DNA of 61,464 bases, counting the filler, from Basidiobolus ranarum (taxonomy: Eukaryota), in assembly GCA_040143965.1 (NCBI GenBank). It is 6 parts of 6 records of this genome, joined end to end, with 100 filler letters (N's around TTAATTAATTAA, not from the genome) between each part and the next. Parts side by side here need not be neighbours in the genome. Positions count along the whole stretch, not along the records: positions 1 to 10,189 come from JASJQH010007605.1; positions 10,290 to 20,464 come from JASJQH010007606.1; 4 more parts are not named here. One strand, 5' to 3'. The position numbers and the translations under genes are program-made. Below the pieces are notes generated by a model. The model was not told where the DNA came from. It saw only the letters and a program-made list of their open reading frames with translations, and did no database searches. This document shows positions 1 to 13,989 of the stretch, piece after piece. Within the stretch, counting starts at the first letter, position 1; every line of letters begins with the position of its first letter.

Positions 1-214
1 CACTAGCACCTACAGAACACCAAGCCTAGCTGCCTAGCAAACCTACTCTCCACCATAACATAGCAACCCACTGCTATTCCTAAGACATATATTAGTTAGA
101 TCTGCTCTGCTTATATATCCTGCTTAAACAGTTCTAAGATTCGGCACTTAACTGTTTCTTTGATTCAGTAAAGTTCAAGACTTTTTATCCACTTTTCTCT
201 TGGACACAACAGAA

Positions 215-660
215 TGCAAATGGGGGAAGAGATATTAAAGACAGGAGATCTACACCAGAATACTTATCTCTTTGCTGTAGTGGAGCTACTTCTTGGATTT
301 CCAGAAACACCCTACCATTGCACTCTCAACAACTGAAGCAAAATATATGGATGCCTGTGAAGCAACAAAAGAAGCAGCATGGTTACAAAAATTCTTAACA
401 GATTTATGCTATTATTAAAATTCACCAACTACAATACTTCAAGATAATCAAAGTTGTATTAAACTGGCTAGAAATCTCACATTTCATAATAGAAGCAAAC
501 ATATAGATATTGGATATCATTTTATTTGAGAGGCTATAGTGAATAAGTTTGTTAACTTAAATTATTGTACTATTGAAGATCCAGTTACAGATATAGCACC
601 AAAACTTTCAGCTAGATAGAAATTTGCAAACTTTAGTTTTTACTTCAAATTAGTTTATAT
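215..660 (+). mobile_element. Degenerate Ty1/copia pol, RNase H region
   Basis: Translates with stops/frameshifts to ...TIALSTTEAKYMDACEATKEAAWL...QDNQSCIKLARN..FHNRSKHIDIGYHFI..., hallmark copia RNase H motifs; followed by a polypurine tract GGAGGGAGAG (672-681). Confidence 0.9.
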
Positions 661-681
661 TATCATTTATTGGAGGGAGAG

Positions 682-1027
682 TATTGAAATTAGCATTGCC
701 AAAGCACCTATATAACCATATATAACTTAGTATTTAGTTCTATTACATTGCACTAAGATATTAAGCATTATTCTCATGAGCAATTTACATAGAGTATTTT
801 TACCAACTTCAAAGTTCTCAGATATATAGCTTTTCTAATTGTGCTAGAAGCCCTTAAATGTGCACACATGTTCCTGATATCTTCTTTAACTCATTCTGCA
901 TGTTTACTTGTCCACATCTTTACAAAAGTATAAATGTCAACTTTCTACTAAATAAATCAATAAGCAAATACCATCATATTCTCTAGTTCCCCAAACTACT
1001 TCTAACATGTACCCAAATACTTTAAAA
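682..1027 (+). mobile_element. Degenerate copia 3' LTR (~345 bp)
   Basis: Begins TATTGAAATTAGCATTGCC directly after the PPT; collinear by eye with the reverse complement of the LTRs at 37215-37563 and 39053-39401. Confidence 0.85.
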
Positions 1028-1292
1028 CTATATATATCATAAAGAGAAAGCACCTTAACTATGGCCCCTATATTCTAATTAGGAATATCTCTAAATCTAT
1101 ACAAACAGTAAGTCTTATTACTACCACTTGTTCTATATCTTTATACACAAGCTCCTGAATATCTGAAACAATTGACTTCTTTGCTATATAAGCCATAATA
1201 TTCTCTTAAGAATAAAGTGATTAAAACTGTTTCATATGTTGCCTCTATTATACAAAGTCTGCCTCCAATAAATTAAGATCCTCTAGCTGTTC

Positions 1293-1521
1293 TGTCAAGA
1301 TATAAGCAAACTAACAAGTAGAATGTGTGAAGAAAGATCCAGTAGCATGTGTACAAAGTTTGGGGCTTCTAGCAGAAGTTTGAAACAATCCATATATCTG
1401 AGAACTTGTTTTAGGTAAAGTTGGTTTTAGAATAATGGGTGATATCTGAGTGAAATATAGGATGACTAAACACTAAACTATATATGACTAGATAGGTGCT
1501 TAGGCCATGCAAACTTGAGCA
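1293..1521 (-). mobile_element. Partial copia LTR, opposite orientation
   Basis: TGTCAAGATAT...CATGTGTACAAAGTTTGGGGC...TAGGCCATGC matches the same LTR family (compare 39157-39401). Confidence 0.8.
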
Positions 1522-1529
1522 GATCAATC

Positions 1530-1632
1530 ATTTTGAATTTGGTACATAACTTGGATTTAGTTCTTTCCAAAGTCTTCAAGTCATTGGTTGCTATGGGAAG
1601 GTCATCTACATATAAGGGTATAAAACTGGGTT
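1530..1632 (-). mobile_element. Copia reverse transcriptase fragment
   Basis: Reverse complement of GGTCATCTACATATAA encodes LYVDD; similar to 40315-40410. Confidence 0.8.
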
Positions 1633-4447
1633 CCTCTTACCAGTCATGTAGCATCTGGTAACACACCATAGAGATATGTATTTGAGTTTATCTAAACTTA
1701 TCATGAATTTGGGCTTATTTTAATGAATAATGTCAAATCATTTCATCATATACTTATTAGATATTTGTATATTGAATGTTGCTTCAACAGCTTTTCGAGC
1801 ATTTATTAGAGAGCTTATAGGGGGCGGATGCACACCTTTTTGTTAAATTCATTTTCACCTTCTTGGGATTATGTCTTTAGTATGTGCTATTGGTACAGCT
1901 GATATTTTCTACATAAGATTATGCTACAAAATTCTTGCATTTATATTTTTAGATCCTTGTCAAGTGTGCACACTTTGAGGATAGAAAGAGAACAGAGATA
2001 GTTATTTCTATATACCTTCGCCTTGGTAGCAGTCAAAAGTTAATATTGTACGATAATATGCCTATATTTTCAACCCCTTTTTCAGAAAGGCGTCTAGTAT
2101 AGCAATAGTATTACAATATTGGAATATATGCGCTTCTTCCATTTAAGTCACCTTGTCCAAGGATGTCTTGCAAAAGTAATAATGGTATCCAATTATATTA
2201 TGTGTCAGAGTTTCCGTAGAACTAACATTATTCTATATCTATTAGTTAAACTTTCGGACTGCGTTCACATCCTAAACAATCGCCAATTTAATACATATTA
2301 CATATCTTTTCAATTCTAGCAATAATACGTAAGCACTGCATCAACAGATATCAACGTAACAAAGCAGAACATACACAAGGAGCTATTAACTATTAGCTCG
2401 CTCAATACGTATGTCGACTAAGCCAAATGCGCATGATAGTAACGTTAAATAGCTGGAACGTGGGGAACTGTTCCAATCAGCTGCAATGTTAATTACCGTG
2501 TACAAATACTATGTGACATAAATTTCAGCGACGGGCCCGTGATTTTCACAATGATCTTGAGGCATGTTTCATCTTCATATGGCGTCGACTAACAGTGAGC
2601 TTTACAAGGCGCTTTACCTCATTCAATGGGTTTCTACCTAGTCCACTTATTGAAGCAAGAACATAGCCAGATTTAGCTGAACACCACTGGTCATGTAAGA
2701 TAGCCATCGGACTTGATCAATATTGCCACAGCATCCAGTCGCGTCATGTATTAATTGGATCAGTCCTTCAAGTTGTGCATCCTCAACAGATCCGAATTGA
2801 TCCAAATTCGTCATGAAAGCTATTGCAGTTGTCTACAATATGCTAATGAGTTCTCCACCTTATAGATCAGACATATGGTTTAGACCAAATGCAGTGCTTA
2901 GAGCAAGCTTAGTCTTAATGGCTATCCTAAAATGGAGAACTCAATGGAATGCTGTGATCCACTCATTTGGTTATGGAGTTTGATTCATTACATATCCGTA
3001 ATGATGAGCAATTGCTATGAGTTCCTTGACTGGCTCGGGGATGCCTTGAGAAAGTATTTGGGGCCTCCCTTATATTGCATAAAATGGAATTCTACACTCT
3101 TTTGAAGCGAGTACTTGATTGAAGTCGATTCGATGTTATGGCATGTCGACCGAGAATTCGTACAACTAGGGACTTCTGAGATCTGATTGTGGTAAGTTAA
3201 CTCGTAACTATTTGTCTTACATATGTTGGGTATCTTTCCTTGGACGCAACAGTTGGAAAGCTCAGTATTTCAATGTGTAAGCTATGTAGATCGGTCAAAC
3301 ACCACTGCTAATCTGATAAAGAATCTGATAAGTTCGTTTAAGCGTGAGGCTTCCACCAGACTTCGTGTGAGTGGGTAGATTGTTTAGATGCTAACATCTG
3401 TCCATTGTTATTCGCTGATAGAGTCACTCTAGTGTTTCCTCGGAGATGCCAACGGTTGATGCTGGAGTTGGCGCTTCTGTAGATTCTCTTGTGCGTCAGT
3501 AGTCTTCGTTAAGCTGTCGTATGCGCAAACCTGGGCTAGTTTTAGTGCTTCTCTACATAAATGGGATATCTCAACTCCGAAAAGCCTAGGAATTTCAAAT
3601 GAAATTCGTTACTGTAGATCTCAATATATCTTATCAGATGTTACCGAATTTCAATTGGTTTGAATATTGCCTTTTACAAAAAATGGACTTTTACTGCTGT
3701 AGTATTCTGGGGTTCTGTTGATACTTTGGATTTACTTTAAGGCCAGCGTTATATCAGGAGGGGTGTTTCAAGCCGCAAGTCTATATGGAGTAATTGCTAT
3801 GTGCTCGGAGTTAACCTACGACGAGCAGTACAGTCGCACAATACCTTTCTGGTTTTGGGACCAGGATGAGTGGCAACAGGAGAGTTGTCAGATGTCGTTA
3901 GCAACTCCAGTACTGTCGGATTAAATATGTTGCTCCGGAGCAAAACTTTGCGGGTAGCTTCGGAGATAGACAAATCATTTGATGGAGAATTGGGCTGATC
4001 TTGGTCAAGTAGCATTGTGGAGTGCAATTGGTATGATTCAGCGGATCACTTTTATCTTCTCCATGACCTATATGCAGCTATGGATATGTTGATCTCGGAC
4101 GATCTCTATTTGGATTGATTCATTATGAGCTACCCATCTTTAAATTCATCTCGTCACACAGAGAGTACATTAGTATATTGTTTAATTAAATGAATTTTTT
4201 CATCCTCGATCCGTTGTTGTCAGAAAAAAAATGGTGTTCCTTTGAAGACTATTAAATACTCGCTAGCATGTGGTCAGGTTTCTTGAAGCCCCTTCTGGTG
4301 TACTCCGTATTTTCGTCCCTGCCTTATCCAAGAATTACACTTTCACTACTATAAGGTAATTAAGCTTCTCACTGCACTCTTTGCATTGGCTTGTTTATCT
4401 TGGTGGTATTTATTTCCGTGTCATTAAAAATTTAATAGTACTTTAGA

Positions 4448-5562
4448 ATGGCTGATAACCAAGAATACGACTACGAAGCTCTACCTGAAAATGTTTCTGT
4501 AACTACACATCTCATTGCAGGTGCCCTGGCCGGCATTACCGAACATACAGTTATGCACCCATTTGATAGTATTAAGGTTAGTGGAGTGGTTTTTGTTTAC
4601 CCGGATCATCCTATGGTCGCTAAAGAATTTTTACTATTAGACCAGAATGCAGATTATAAATCCAAATCCTCAGGCTGTTTATTCTGGAGTTGTTCAAGCG
4701 ATAGCCCGTATGACTACTACGGAGGGTGCGCGCTCTCTCTGGCGAGGAGTCAATTCAGTCATTCTTGGAGCAGGACCGGCTCACGCTTTATATTTTGCTA
4801 CCTACGAGCATTGTAAAACAATGTTTGGAGGCAGCGGAATTGGCCACCACCCTCTTGCCACAGGTATATTTTTACGTGACTACTGTAACGTTTCATATAT
4901 TAGTTTACTGATTTTTCAATTTTATTTTTAGGTGCTGCCGGTGCATGTGCAACGATTGCTAGTGATGCTCTGATGAATCCATTTGATGGTACGCGTTCAT
5001 AGTTACTTTCAATTTCTAAGCACTATTATTAATATCATTGACAGTGATTAAACAGAGGATGCAAGTCCATGGATCCAGTTACAAGAGCGTCTATGAATGC
5101 GCCATGAAAGTTTTCAAAACTGAAGGCTTCTCTGCATTCTATGTTTCTTATCCCACGACCCTCACGATGACCATTCCATTCCAGTCGATTCAGTTTGCTA
5201 CATACGAATACATGTGCGATGTTCTGAACCCTAACCGCACCTATGACCCCAAAACCCATATCATATCTGGTGGTATAGCTGGCGCATTCGCAGCAGCTGC
5301 AACGACACCTCTCGATGTTGCTAAAACTCTATTGCAAACCCGTGGTACGTCAACCAACATGGAAGTCCGTAATGCATCTGGAATGCTCTCTGCTTTCCGT
5401 ATCATTCTAAAGCATGACGGCTTCCGTGGACTGCTTAGAGGCTGGAAGCCACGCGTTCTTTCCCATATGCCCGCCACTGCTATTGCATGGTCTACCTACG
5501 AGTATTTCAAATGGTTCATCAAGACAAAGAATCAGGAATCCCTCACCACTGCTCACCCATGA
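4448..5562 (+). CDS. MRS3: Mitochondrial iron carrier (mitoferrin, Mrs3/Mrs4, SLC25 family)
   Basis: Exons 4448-4576, 4641-4863, 4932-4988, 5045-5562 with GT-AG introns; N-terminal DYEALP; three carrier signatures (PFDSIKTR, PFDVIKQR, PLDVAKT); [10 protein letters not shown] and IPFQSIQF motifs. Confidence 0.95.
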
Positions 5563-7277
5563 GCATCACTTGAAATCAGCATATGCAATTTATCTTTAGT
5601 AGCGCGTTCCAAAATTTCATGATTGGCAAATTCCCCTTATTGGCTACCTCCAATCTATATTTGATCCTCGTTATCGCATTCTTTCATTAGTGTATTAATA
5701 GTGTTTTTCCACCTTCGGAGCCATCTGTGTTGTGGATTGTAGTGAATACTTTGGTTATTCTTATATTGCGCAGTCACAATCTTGTCTGATCCTTATATAA
5801 CTCCATGCATAACGAGCATATAGATGTAATAAAATCCACTTCTATAACCAAGGCTAGAAATAGTGCCAAGCTCACCAAGGATGTTAGCATTGTACAATCC
5901 ATGAACTTGGCAATCACAACTGACACTAGTGTTTACGAAACCTGAATGTACCATCACATGGCCTTCCGCAGCAGATGACATCATGAGCACCACGGAACCT
6001 CTAGGACTCTTTCGGAAATATGCATACCACATTTATACCCAATGGGCCACCAAGAGTTACCCTTAGTGTACCAGAAACCGGAAAAACAGGAATGGCGACA
6101 AGCTAACCGGTACACCGTGCTAGTGTTGAATGAATTACCCTATCCCTTTTCTGATAACAAACTATTGGAGACGGATTACACAGGATCCTCAGCGACCTGG
6201 ACGTCTCTGATTTCTATTTGAAAACAACGCACTCATACATGGCTTGTTTACCATGACCACAAACTCTGGCCCGGCATCCTATTCTCAACTGATGGATGTT
6301 CAGAAACTGTCTGTACCTGAACTGCCATTGCTTGCGGAGCGGTAGAATCGTGTCCTTTTATTGCTTGATAGTTTAGACTAGCTAACTTGTCCGTATTGGT
6401 ACTGGCATCGAGATACGTGGATGCATAGATAATACTTCCATAGAAGGAGAATGTGAAACAGTGCAGCCTACTTGGTACTCAAATGTACAGCAATCCCTAA
6501 TCCCCTAATATTTGAGTAGCTTCAACAGACAAACGCTGTAGCTAGTGAAAAACCATGTACTAAGGAACTGGATGTAACATTCTACCCTCTGGATGGCCTT
6601 GCCAAGATCAACGACCATCTATGCCAAGAATACGCTACACTTCCGTTCGATTACTACAGTATACTAGAGGCCTTAAAAAGTATTATAATCAAGTGTTTCA
6701 GTAACTCAATAAATATCTGAAGGCGGTGTAACATGAGTAAATATCAGAAACGAATGATTTTCCAAATAGGATTCCGGAAAAAAAGTGACTGAACCCGGGC
6801 CGTTTCGGCGATTTTATACTACGGTTAAGTTCACGGGTAATAGCTCAAGTCTGAAGCAGAACTAATTCATATCAATGAGGTAAACTAAATATGATCAGCA
6901 TCCATTTGGATTTAGTCTAGGCGAAATTCTTTCCACAGCATCTGATAATGGCATGAATTAATTCTACTTTAATATGGTTTGGCTTATTGATTCGCAAATC
7001 TTTATTAGCTTGGAGTTACAGAATATATGGAACAGTCTTAAATTATATTGTAAATATATTTGAATAGGAAACATTTGAGGGCCTATCCAAACAATAGTCT
7101 GTCATTTATTGATTCTCCATTACTAGGGATGGTCCCCTATTTGGGAAATGACTACACATATTTATATACGAGCAGTGAGTCCATCTTGCGCTTGTACTCC
7201 CTCGTTAATTCTCTTGTTCTCGTCTGTTTTGAATATTTTGAGTTTTGAACGAGTCAAAGGACTTTTTTTCTATCGAA

Positions 7278-8444
7278 ATGACGCAACTTTTATCTTTCAT
7301 TTCAGATAAAACTCTGGCACTTATGTTACCAGTTGTAGTGTATTGGATCTTCTCAGGGTTTTTTTATTTCGTGAGTGAACTCCGCATTCCATTCTTTGAG
7401 AAATACCGGAACCACACTCCTGAAGAAGAAAAAGCCAAAAACCAGGTTACCGTGAAAGAGGTGATTACCAATGTGCTAGTACAACAATTCATCCAAACCC
7501 TTTTAGGCTTGATTGTTGTAGCTGCTGAAGGTGCAGAGGAGGTGGATTATTCATTTACACCAACCAAATTCCTGGCAGACCAATATCAAGCAGAATGCTT
7601 TCAGATTCTCAATGTGTTAAGTATTTGCCCTGAAAGCCGTTCTTCAGCCTACCTTCTCGCCATCACATCTCAAATTTTGACTTGGATTGTACTACCTTTT
7701 GCGCGCTTTATGGTTGCTATGTAAGTTTTGAGTAATACGGTTAGCTTTTCTTTTCATGTGTTAATACTTGGTTTTTAGGTTAGTCCTAGATACTATTCAA
7801 TATTTCCTACACCGCTGGTTCCACACTAACCCCTATCTGTATCGCAAATTCCACTCTGTCCATCATCGAGTATACTGTCCCTATTCCTTCGGTGCTCTTT
7901 ATAATCACCCCGTAGAAGGATTTCTGTTGGACTCTCTTGGCACCAGTGTTGCTTTTGCTGCGTCCGGTTTATCCACACGTGGAGCCATTGCTTTCTTTAC
8001 CTTTGCTACAATCAAAACAGGTAAGATCTTATGATTATCACCGTCATTCGGGAACAAACAATTTATTTATGTACACCTTCTTAGTTGACGATCATTGTGG
8101 ATACAGCCTACCATTCGATCCTTTGCAAAGACTTTTCGGCAACAATTCAGCCTAGTGAGTAAACACCGTTGTGCAGTTCCATTTGTTTTTAGATACTTAC
8201 ATGATGCTTCATTTATAGTCATGATATTCATCACCAACTCTACGGTTTGAAAAACAATTACTCCCAACCCTTCTTCACTCATTGGGATCGACTATTGGGA
8301 ACTTATGTCTCACCAACCGAGATCAAACTTAAGCGTACGGAGCGCAAGGTAGAGAAGAATGCCAATGCTAATGGACACACTACACAAAGAAGTGCTACTG
8401 TGATCAACAGCAGTTTAAGAAAATCCAGTCGTGTAAGAATTTAG
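7278..8444 (+). CDS. SUR2: Sphinganine C4-hydroxylase (fatty acid hydroxylase superfamily)
   Basis: Exons 7278-7720, 7779-8020, 8085-8154, 8219-8444; His boxes HRWFH, HSVHH, HDIHH; GALYNHPVEG, VDDHCGY and NYSQPFFTHWD motifs. Confidence 0.95.
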
Positions 8445-10189
8445 AAATTGGTACGGTTAGGGAAATATTTATTAATAAGGTTGAAAAGTGATAACTCAAA
8501 GGTGAACCCGGATTTTTACTGGTATCGGTTCAGTTTGATTAATATATGAAAGTATTCGTATGATGTCCCAAGATTCCTTCATCTCTGTCTTATAGTTTTA
8601 TTGTTTGAGTGGTCGTTTTTTTCTGCCTTTTTCTTGTTACAGTCTAGCTAATTATCTGTAGACATTCGTCTTAAATTTTATTAAACTAACGCAGTTCTCT
8701 ACCAGAGCTATGCTTAATCAACAATCACTTTGGTTTCTTCATTGCCTTTACTAGTGACTTCACCATTTGACTTCTTTTCTAGAGCTAGTTATGACTAGTA
8801 TAGTGTTGGTAAAGATGGAACTTTCCAACAGATTGTCAGGAGGTTTGCATATAAATTAATCCATCCCCGCATTCAATGCTCTGCCATTAAGGAATGTTTA
8901 CCAGAGCCAATCATTCATAAATTTCATATTTAAATCAGGTATTATATGGAACTCACTTTTTTCAAACTCATTGATATTTTACGATAACGAATGATGGCCG
9001 ATAGTGTTGCTCGGCTGGTGAGCCGATATACCATCTAAAATAATGGAAGAATACATTCTGGGTAAATTAGTATTGCTACCAATAGAGTGTCAGTGAGTGA
9101 CCATGGTATACTGTGCCGTACCAAGAAATATGCATACACTAAAGTACTTACATGTATTACATAGTGAAGCGCTCAATATGATGTAAACCTCCCTAGATTC
9201 TTAGTAACTCCGTATGCCGATGAAGAATCAACCTTGCGATCGAAATACTCATCATTAACATGTGTCAATGAAGTGGCTGCAAGGAGAAATAGGCTGAACT
9301 TACATCTCTGGGAAATGGGCACTTGAATGGAAATCAATAGTTTAAGTAAAGTAAACCGATAATATGAAGAAAACTCGGGGAGGGATGGGTAATGTTTCAT
9401 AAAATTTAATCATTACTTTAAATCACCGCTTACAGTGAAGTGAATTGAATTAGTCATTTAGCCATGATTCCGATATTTTTACCAATGATTCCCGATGATA
9501 AGTAGATTGATTACATTGTTTTTCATAATCATCACCTGTTGTTGTAATTTCGCACCTCCCCAATGTTTGCGAAGAAATTTCTATATTGTTGGTAAGACCA
9601 CGCGGGTTGACCCTTATTTGTTATTGTCACTTTACCCAATACAAACCGAGGATTTGATATACCGACCCTGAGTGAATCCACTCATGTTGATCGATGTGAT
9701 GATGCTTATCTTTTTGAAATGGCCCACAGTATATTTCACTCTCTCTCTGTTTATCAAATTTGGTTAGTATCAAATGAATCATCTCTCTTCAAGTGACTCA
9801 CTATAAGCACACATCCCAAGTTCATCACTTTCGTAGCAGATATTCCGGTTCAGGTAAGTTGTCAATCACTCACATGATCCAACATTAAGAATTCTTATCA
9901 GATCTTGCATCCCTTCAGCGAATCATTACTCTACTTCGGACAATGCTATAGTGGTATTAGTAATCATTGTAAAAGTAATTAGGTAAAAGTATGTATCTCG
10001 CTTCTAGCCACAGGCGGTATTATCACACACCCCTATTCACATGATGATCTACGTTCAGTCGTTTAAGCATTGGTATCCATCGTGTTCTCCTTTGCCAGGC
10101 TAAATGGCGCTGATTGGGGTGGTGATATTTCAAACCCGTATATAGATGTATCAAGAGTAATAATAATAACCTCTGGACGCCAACAGGTT

Positions 10190-10289
10190 NNNNNNNNNNN
10201 NNNNNNNNNNNNNNNNNNNNNNNNNNNNNNNNNTTAATTAATTAANNNNNNNNNNNNNNNNNNNNNNNNNNNNNNNNNNNNNNNNNNNN
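10190..10289. other. Artificial contig spacer (N run with TTAATTAATTAA)
   Basis: 100-nt N block with a central linker giving stops in all six frames; same block recurs five times. Confidence 0.97.
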
Positions 10290-11625
10290 ATGAACTTAGG
10301 AAACGTGATCATTTGATCAGATGAGAATTGGTTGAAATATGGAAATTGATTTGTGCTTTGTTCATTCCTGAAGTCGGTATTTATAATGAAACCGAAAGAG
10401 TGTGGAACGAATAAGAATTTCGACTAAGGATGGACTGGTCACTCCGCAAATCCATTTCCAATTGGAGTAACGAGTGGAATTCTACGTTGATTCGGATTTG
10501 GCTCATTTTATTGTGGACTACATTAAATGTACTTAATATTCAACTCCGAACAGTTGTTGGTAAGCCACTTGATTTTATTGCTGGAAATGGTGTATCGCTG
10601 TCGGGCGGAGAGTTAAAATGTGTCCCAATAACGATCTACAGCCTGAATTGGCTCTGTAAACATTTAAAGAGGTGATAGTGCCAACGCCTCCATCTTTACA
10701 TAGATTATCATAGACAGCCACAATGGCAAAAGCTCACCCCAATCGCGATTGTACGTAAAAAGGCCACTTCAACTGGGATAGTTGTGAATTCGATGGAGCT
10801 ATCTAGACCATATCCACTTGTATAACTAACGTCGGAGTGGATATATTTAGGAAGTCTATCCATATAGCGTTAATCTCCAGTATAGTTCTCAGATGACCTT
10901 AGCCACACCTCTCACCAATTAACACCCGCTGGATCAAACCAGTCATAATGCTTCCTCGTCATTGTCAAATATAGATCGTTTTGGACTAGAACCATATTTA
11001 AGCTACTTGTGGTTGTATTTCCATAGATGATTTCCTCGGAGCTTTTTCGCCTCATTGGTCAACTCTGAGTGAACCGCTTACATCTCCGAATAGGTTTTGA
11101 GTTTAAACTCTTTTTGGTTTACGAAAATTCAGAATTGTTACGAAGACGACATTGTGAATAGATACATTAAATGTGTTTAATGCCGAGTTTCTATGTCGTG
11201 GGATATTGAATACTGAGTGATCTTCTTGCCTCGACGTCACTTTCTCACGTATATTCTGTGTGGAAGTTAACAATAAATCTCATGGATCTACAAGTGTTAA
11301 TCAGATAGCGGATATTTTCCCAGCATTCAGAACCCCATTTGAGTAGCAAATTTTATCATTATGATAAATTGAAATACGAGGCTACTACAAACAATTAACT
11401 GTTGTATGTTGATTGATTAAAAATTGCATATGGTGTGATCACGTGTTTGCTCAGGGATTCAACCCCAATCCCTACCTGGATTGAGTAAAGAACAGATCAA
11501 GAACAATTAATTGATACCCTTATAGCATCATAAACAATTAATTACGAATAATAGATTAAAATCAATTTCAATATTTGTATTTGCAAATAAAAATTTCAAA
11601 GGTAGCTTTTTTTGTATGATGTAAG

Positions 11626-11930
11626 TGTTGAAGTGTTTCGCGAGTTTGTTGGAAGTGGTTTGGAAAACCAGAGGAATTGATGGTTTTCGCTTATTGATTT
11701 AATAGGTCGATTTTCCCAATAATTTATAGTTTTGTCAAGATGTAAACAAACCAACGTGTAGAATGTGTTAGGGAAGGTCCCAGGAACATGTGTGCAAAGT
11801 TTGGGGCCTCTATATATCTTCAAACTTCTAAGTAAATCCCTCTTGATGTGATATCTTAGTTCAATATGGAATAACTAAATACTAAGCTATATATGACTAT
11901 ATAGATGTTTAGGCTATGCTAATTTCAACA
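11626..11930 (-). mobile_element. Copia solo LTR with 5-bp target site duplication
   Basis: TGTTGAAG...TTCAACA termini flanked by GTAAG at 11621-11625 and 11931-11935; same family as the other LTRs. Confidence 0.93.
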
Positions 11931-12467
11931 GTAAGAACAAGCAACAAAAGCTGTCAAATTGTTAATTAGATGCTCAATAGGTACGGGCTGATTTACCGAG
12001 AAAACAATGAAGGTAATACGTACATAAAATTGTGGTTGCTAATATTATGACTTTCAACAATTCATCCAAAATGAATACAAACAATGCGAGTAGGTTCAAC
12101 ATAACAATAGGCTAACATACCAAGTAAGATTCAAACTGTTCATATTTCTTGGGTGGAGAGAGTGTTCTGAATATGAGTGTTAGCGTTAAAACTTGAGGTA
12201 GGTGGTACCTCATTTCTTATCCCTCCAACATAAAACTGAGCGTGTTCAAGAAGTACTAGCAATAATGGTAAAACTGGCTGATAATGAAAACTGAACTTTA
12301 GTTAATCTTAGAAATGATCTATAATTCGGTTATTGGTTTTTTTGATGATGCCATGATATTTAGAATTTGCTTGAAAGTGGCTTTATAGTAAATATCAGTT
12401 ATTGTTGCAATAACCATGAATGTGAATGGAAAAGTAAATACAAGAAGTAATGAATATAGTGAACTAG

Positions 12468-13694
12468 TTATAGATTTAGCATATAGTTTGACAAAAGATA
12501 AACCAAGCTCAGTAGTGTAAAGCAACATTGAATGGATGTAGCTGAATTCTCAACTAATTTATGTCGGACGTCAGCAGCCTGGCCAAGACTACTTTTAGTA
12601 GTAGAAGCATTTGCAACGGTGGATGTGGATGTGAAAGAGGTCGATGTTGAAGTTGTAGTAACCACGGTAGCAATTGGAAAGTTTTGAATCTGATTTCCAT
12701 TATGTTTACATTCAATTTTAATGTCGTCAAAATAAGCTTCAAAGACAGTGTTTGGATTACTCCAATTCGTTGGTCCACCAGCCCAGCTCATGGTTCCATT
12801 TCCACCACTATTACTATCCCAGATACCAAATTGAACCTGGGCTAGTTGAGATGGATACCTGTGTTCCTTTGTCTTTTCATCGTATGTAGTGTTCTTTCTC
12901 AGGAGCGTTCTGGCCAGTTTACTGTTTACATACCACTTGATAGATTCTTCTTCCCACTGAATTTGATATTCATTAAAGCTTCGTGCAGTGTTATCATTGA
13001 CCGACACTGACATGCTGTGACGGTTATCATGAAGATCTTCGTGATAGTAATAATTGGTTTGCACTTCATTTGGACTTTTCCCAACCCACTCAAAGTCTAT
13101 TTCGTCACCCTCGGGACTACGAATGATAAAGGAAGTAACCACGCCAGGAGCTACAGAAGCGGTCTTAACTTTAGCGGTAACGGTGCCATATTGAATCCAT
13201 CTGATGGAAGATACAGTAGCACCAAACCCTTCTCGATCATGCTCTTTGTTTGTTTTGTTGCCAAGCTTCATACTCAAAACAAGCTCTTGGTTTTTGATAG
13301 CAGCATAACTTGGAGTATAATTACTGTACCAGTGATAATCTCCATTGGGATTTCCATTGAATACTCCAAATTCGATCAGATCATTCTTACTGAAATCATC
13401 CGAAAAGCTTTCACACTGGGGTTTGGGATAGCAGCTGTTAGGTGAATAACTGTTACTTGGATCACAAATGTTTGCAATGCAACGATGACCTAAAGGATTG
13501 CAGTAGCCACCAGAGCAGCACGGGACAGACTCATGACAAATAGAGCCATTGTGGTAATTTGCGCATCCAGCAGTGGCTTGATTGATACAAAGAACCAATA
13601 GAATCAAGATACATAACTAGATAGAAGAGAGCTGTTAGTGTGTCAATTCAATGTAACTGAGAATCAAGAAGACAATTACCTTTTTGACAGCCAT
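12468..13694 (-). CDS. UTR2: GH16 Crh/Utr2-type chitin-glucan transglycosylase, copy A
   Basis: Exon 1 13694-13680 (MAVKK), exon 2 13616-12468; signal peptide, Cys-rich chitin-binding-like N-terminus (CHESVPCCSGGYC), catalytic DEIDFEWVG, GIWD and WAGG, Ser/Thr-rich tail and hydrophobic GPI-like C-terminus. Confidence 0.92.
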
Positions 13695-13989
13695 GGCTGA
13701 AAGATTGGTTGAAATAAATGTTGTGCCATACCTTCAGCTAGCACGACCATTATATATACATTTCACGTATTCACATCCCACTCCAAATATTGGAGGACTA
13801 TATCGTACAACAATGCCCTTATTGAGTGAACTAGATTCTTCAAGTTATTTATATCTTGTTGATCCACTCAACACTTAGGAAGAAATGGTAAAACAAGTCA
13901 CATAAAATGACCCATGTTAAGAAATTATCTAATTAAAAGGTCAAAGCTGAGAGTTTGAGCAAATGTTGAGTTTGTATTTGGATATACTT

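Noticed and set aside
2340-3300. Coding-like composition, possibly a decayed F-box/LRR gene
   Set aside because: No sustained frame or motif that I can identify with confidence.
5880-6680. Higher-GC, possibly pseudogenic stretch between MRS3 and SUR2
   Set aside because: Frames are interrupted and no family is recognisable; BLASTX would be needed.
10234-10245. TTAATTAATTAA palindrome recurring about every 10.2 kb
   Set aside because: Always centred in a 100-nt N block; an assembly linker, not biology. The 30767-31030 ORF ending XXXLIN is a by-product.
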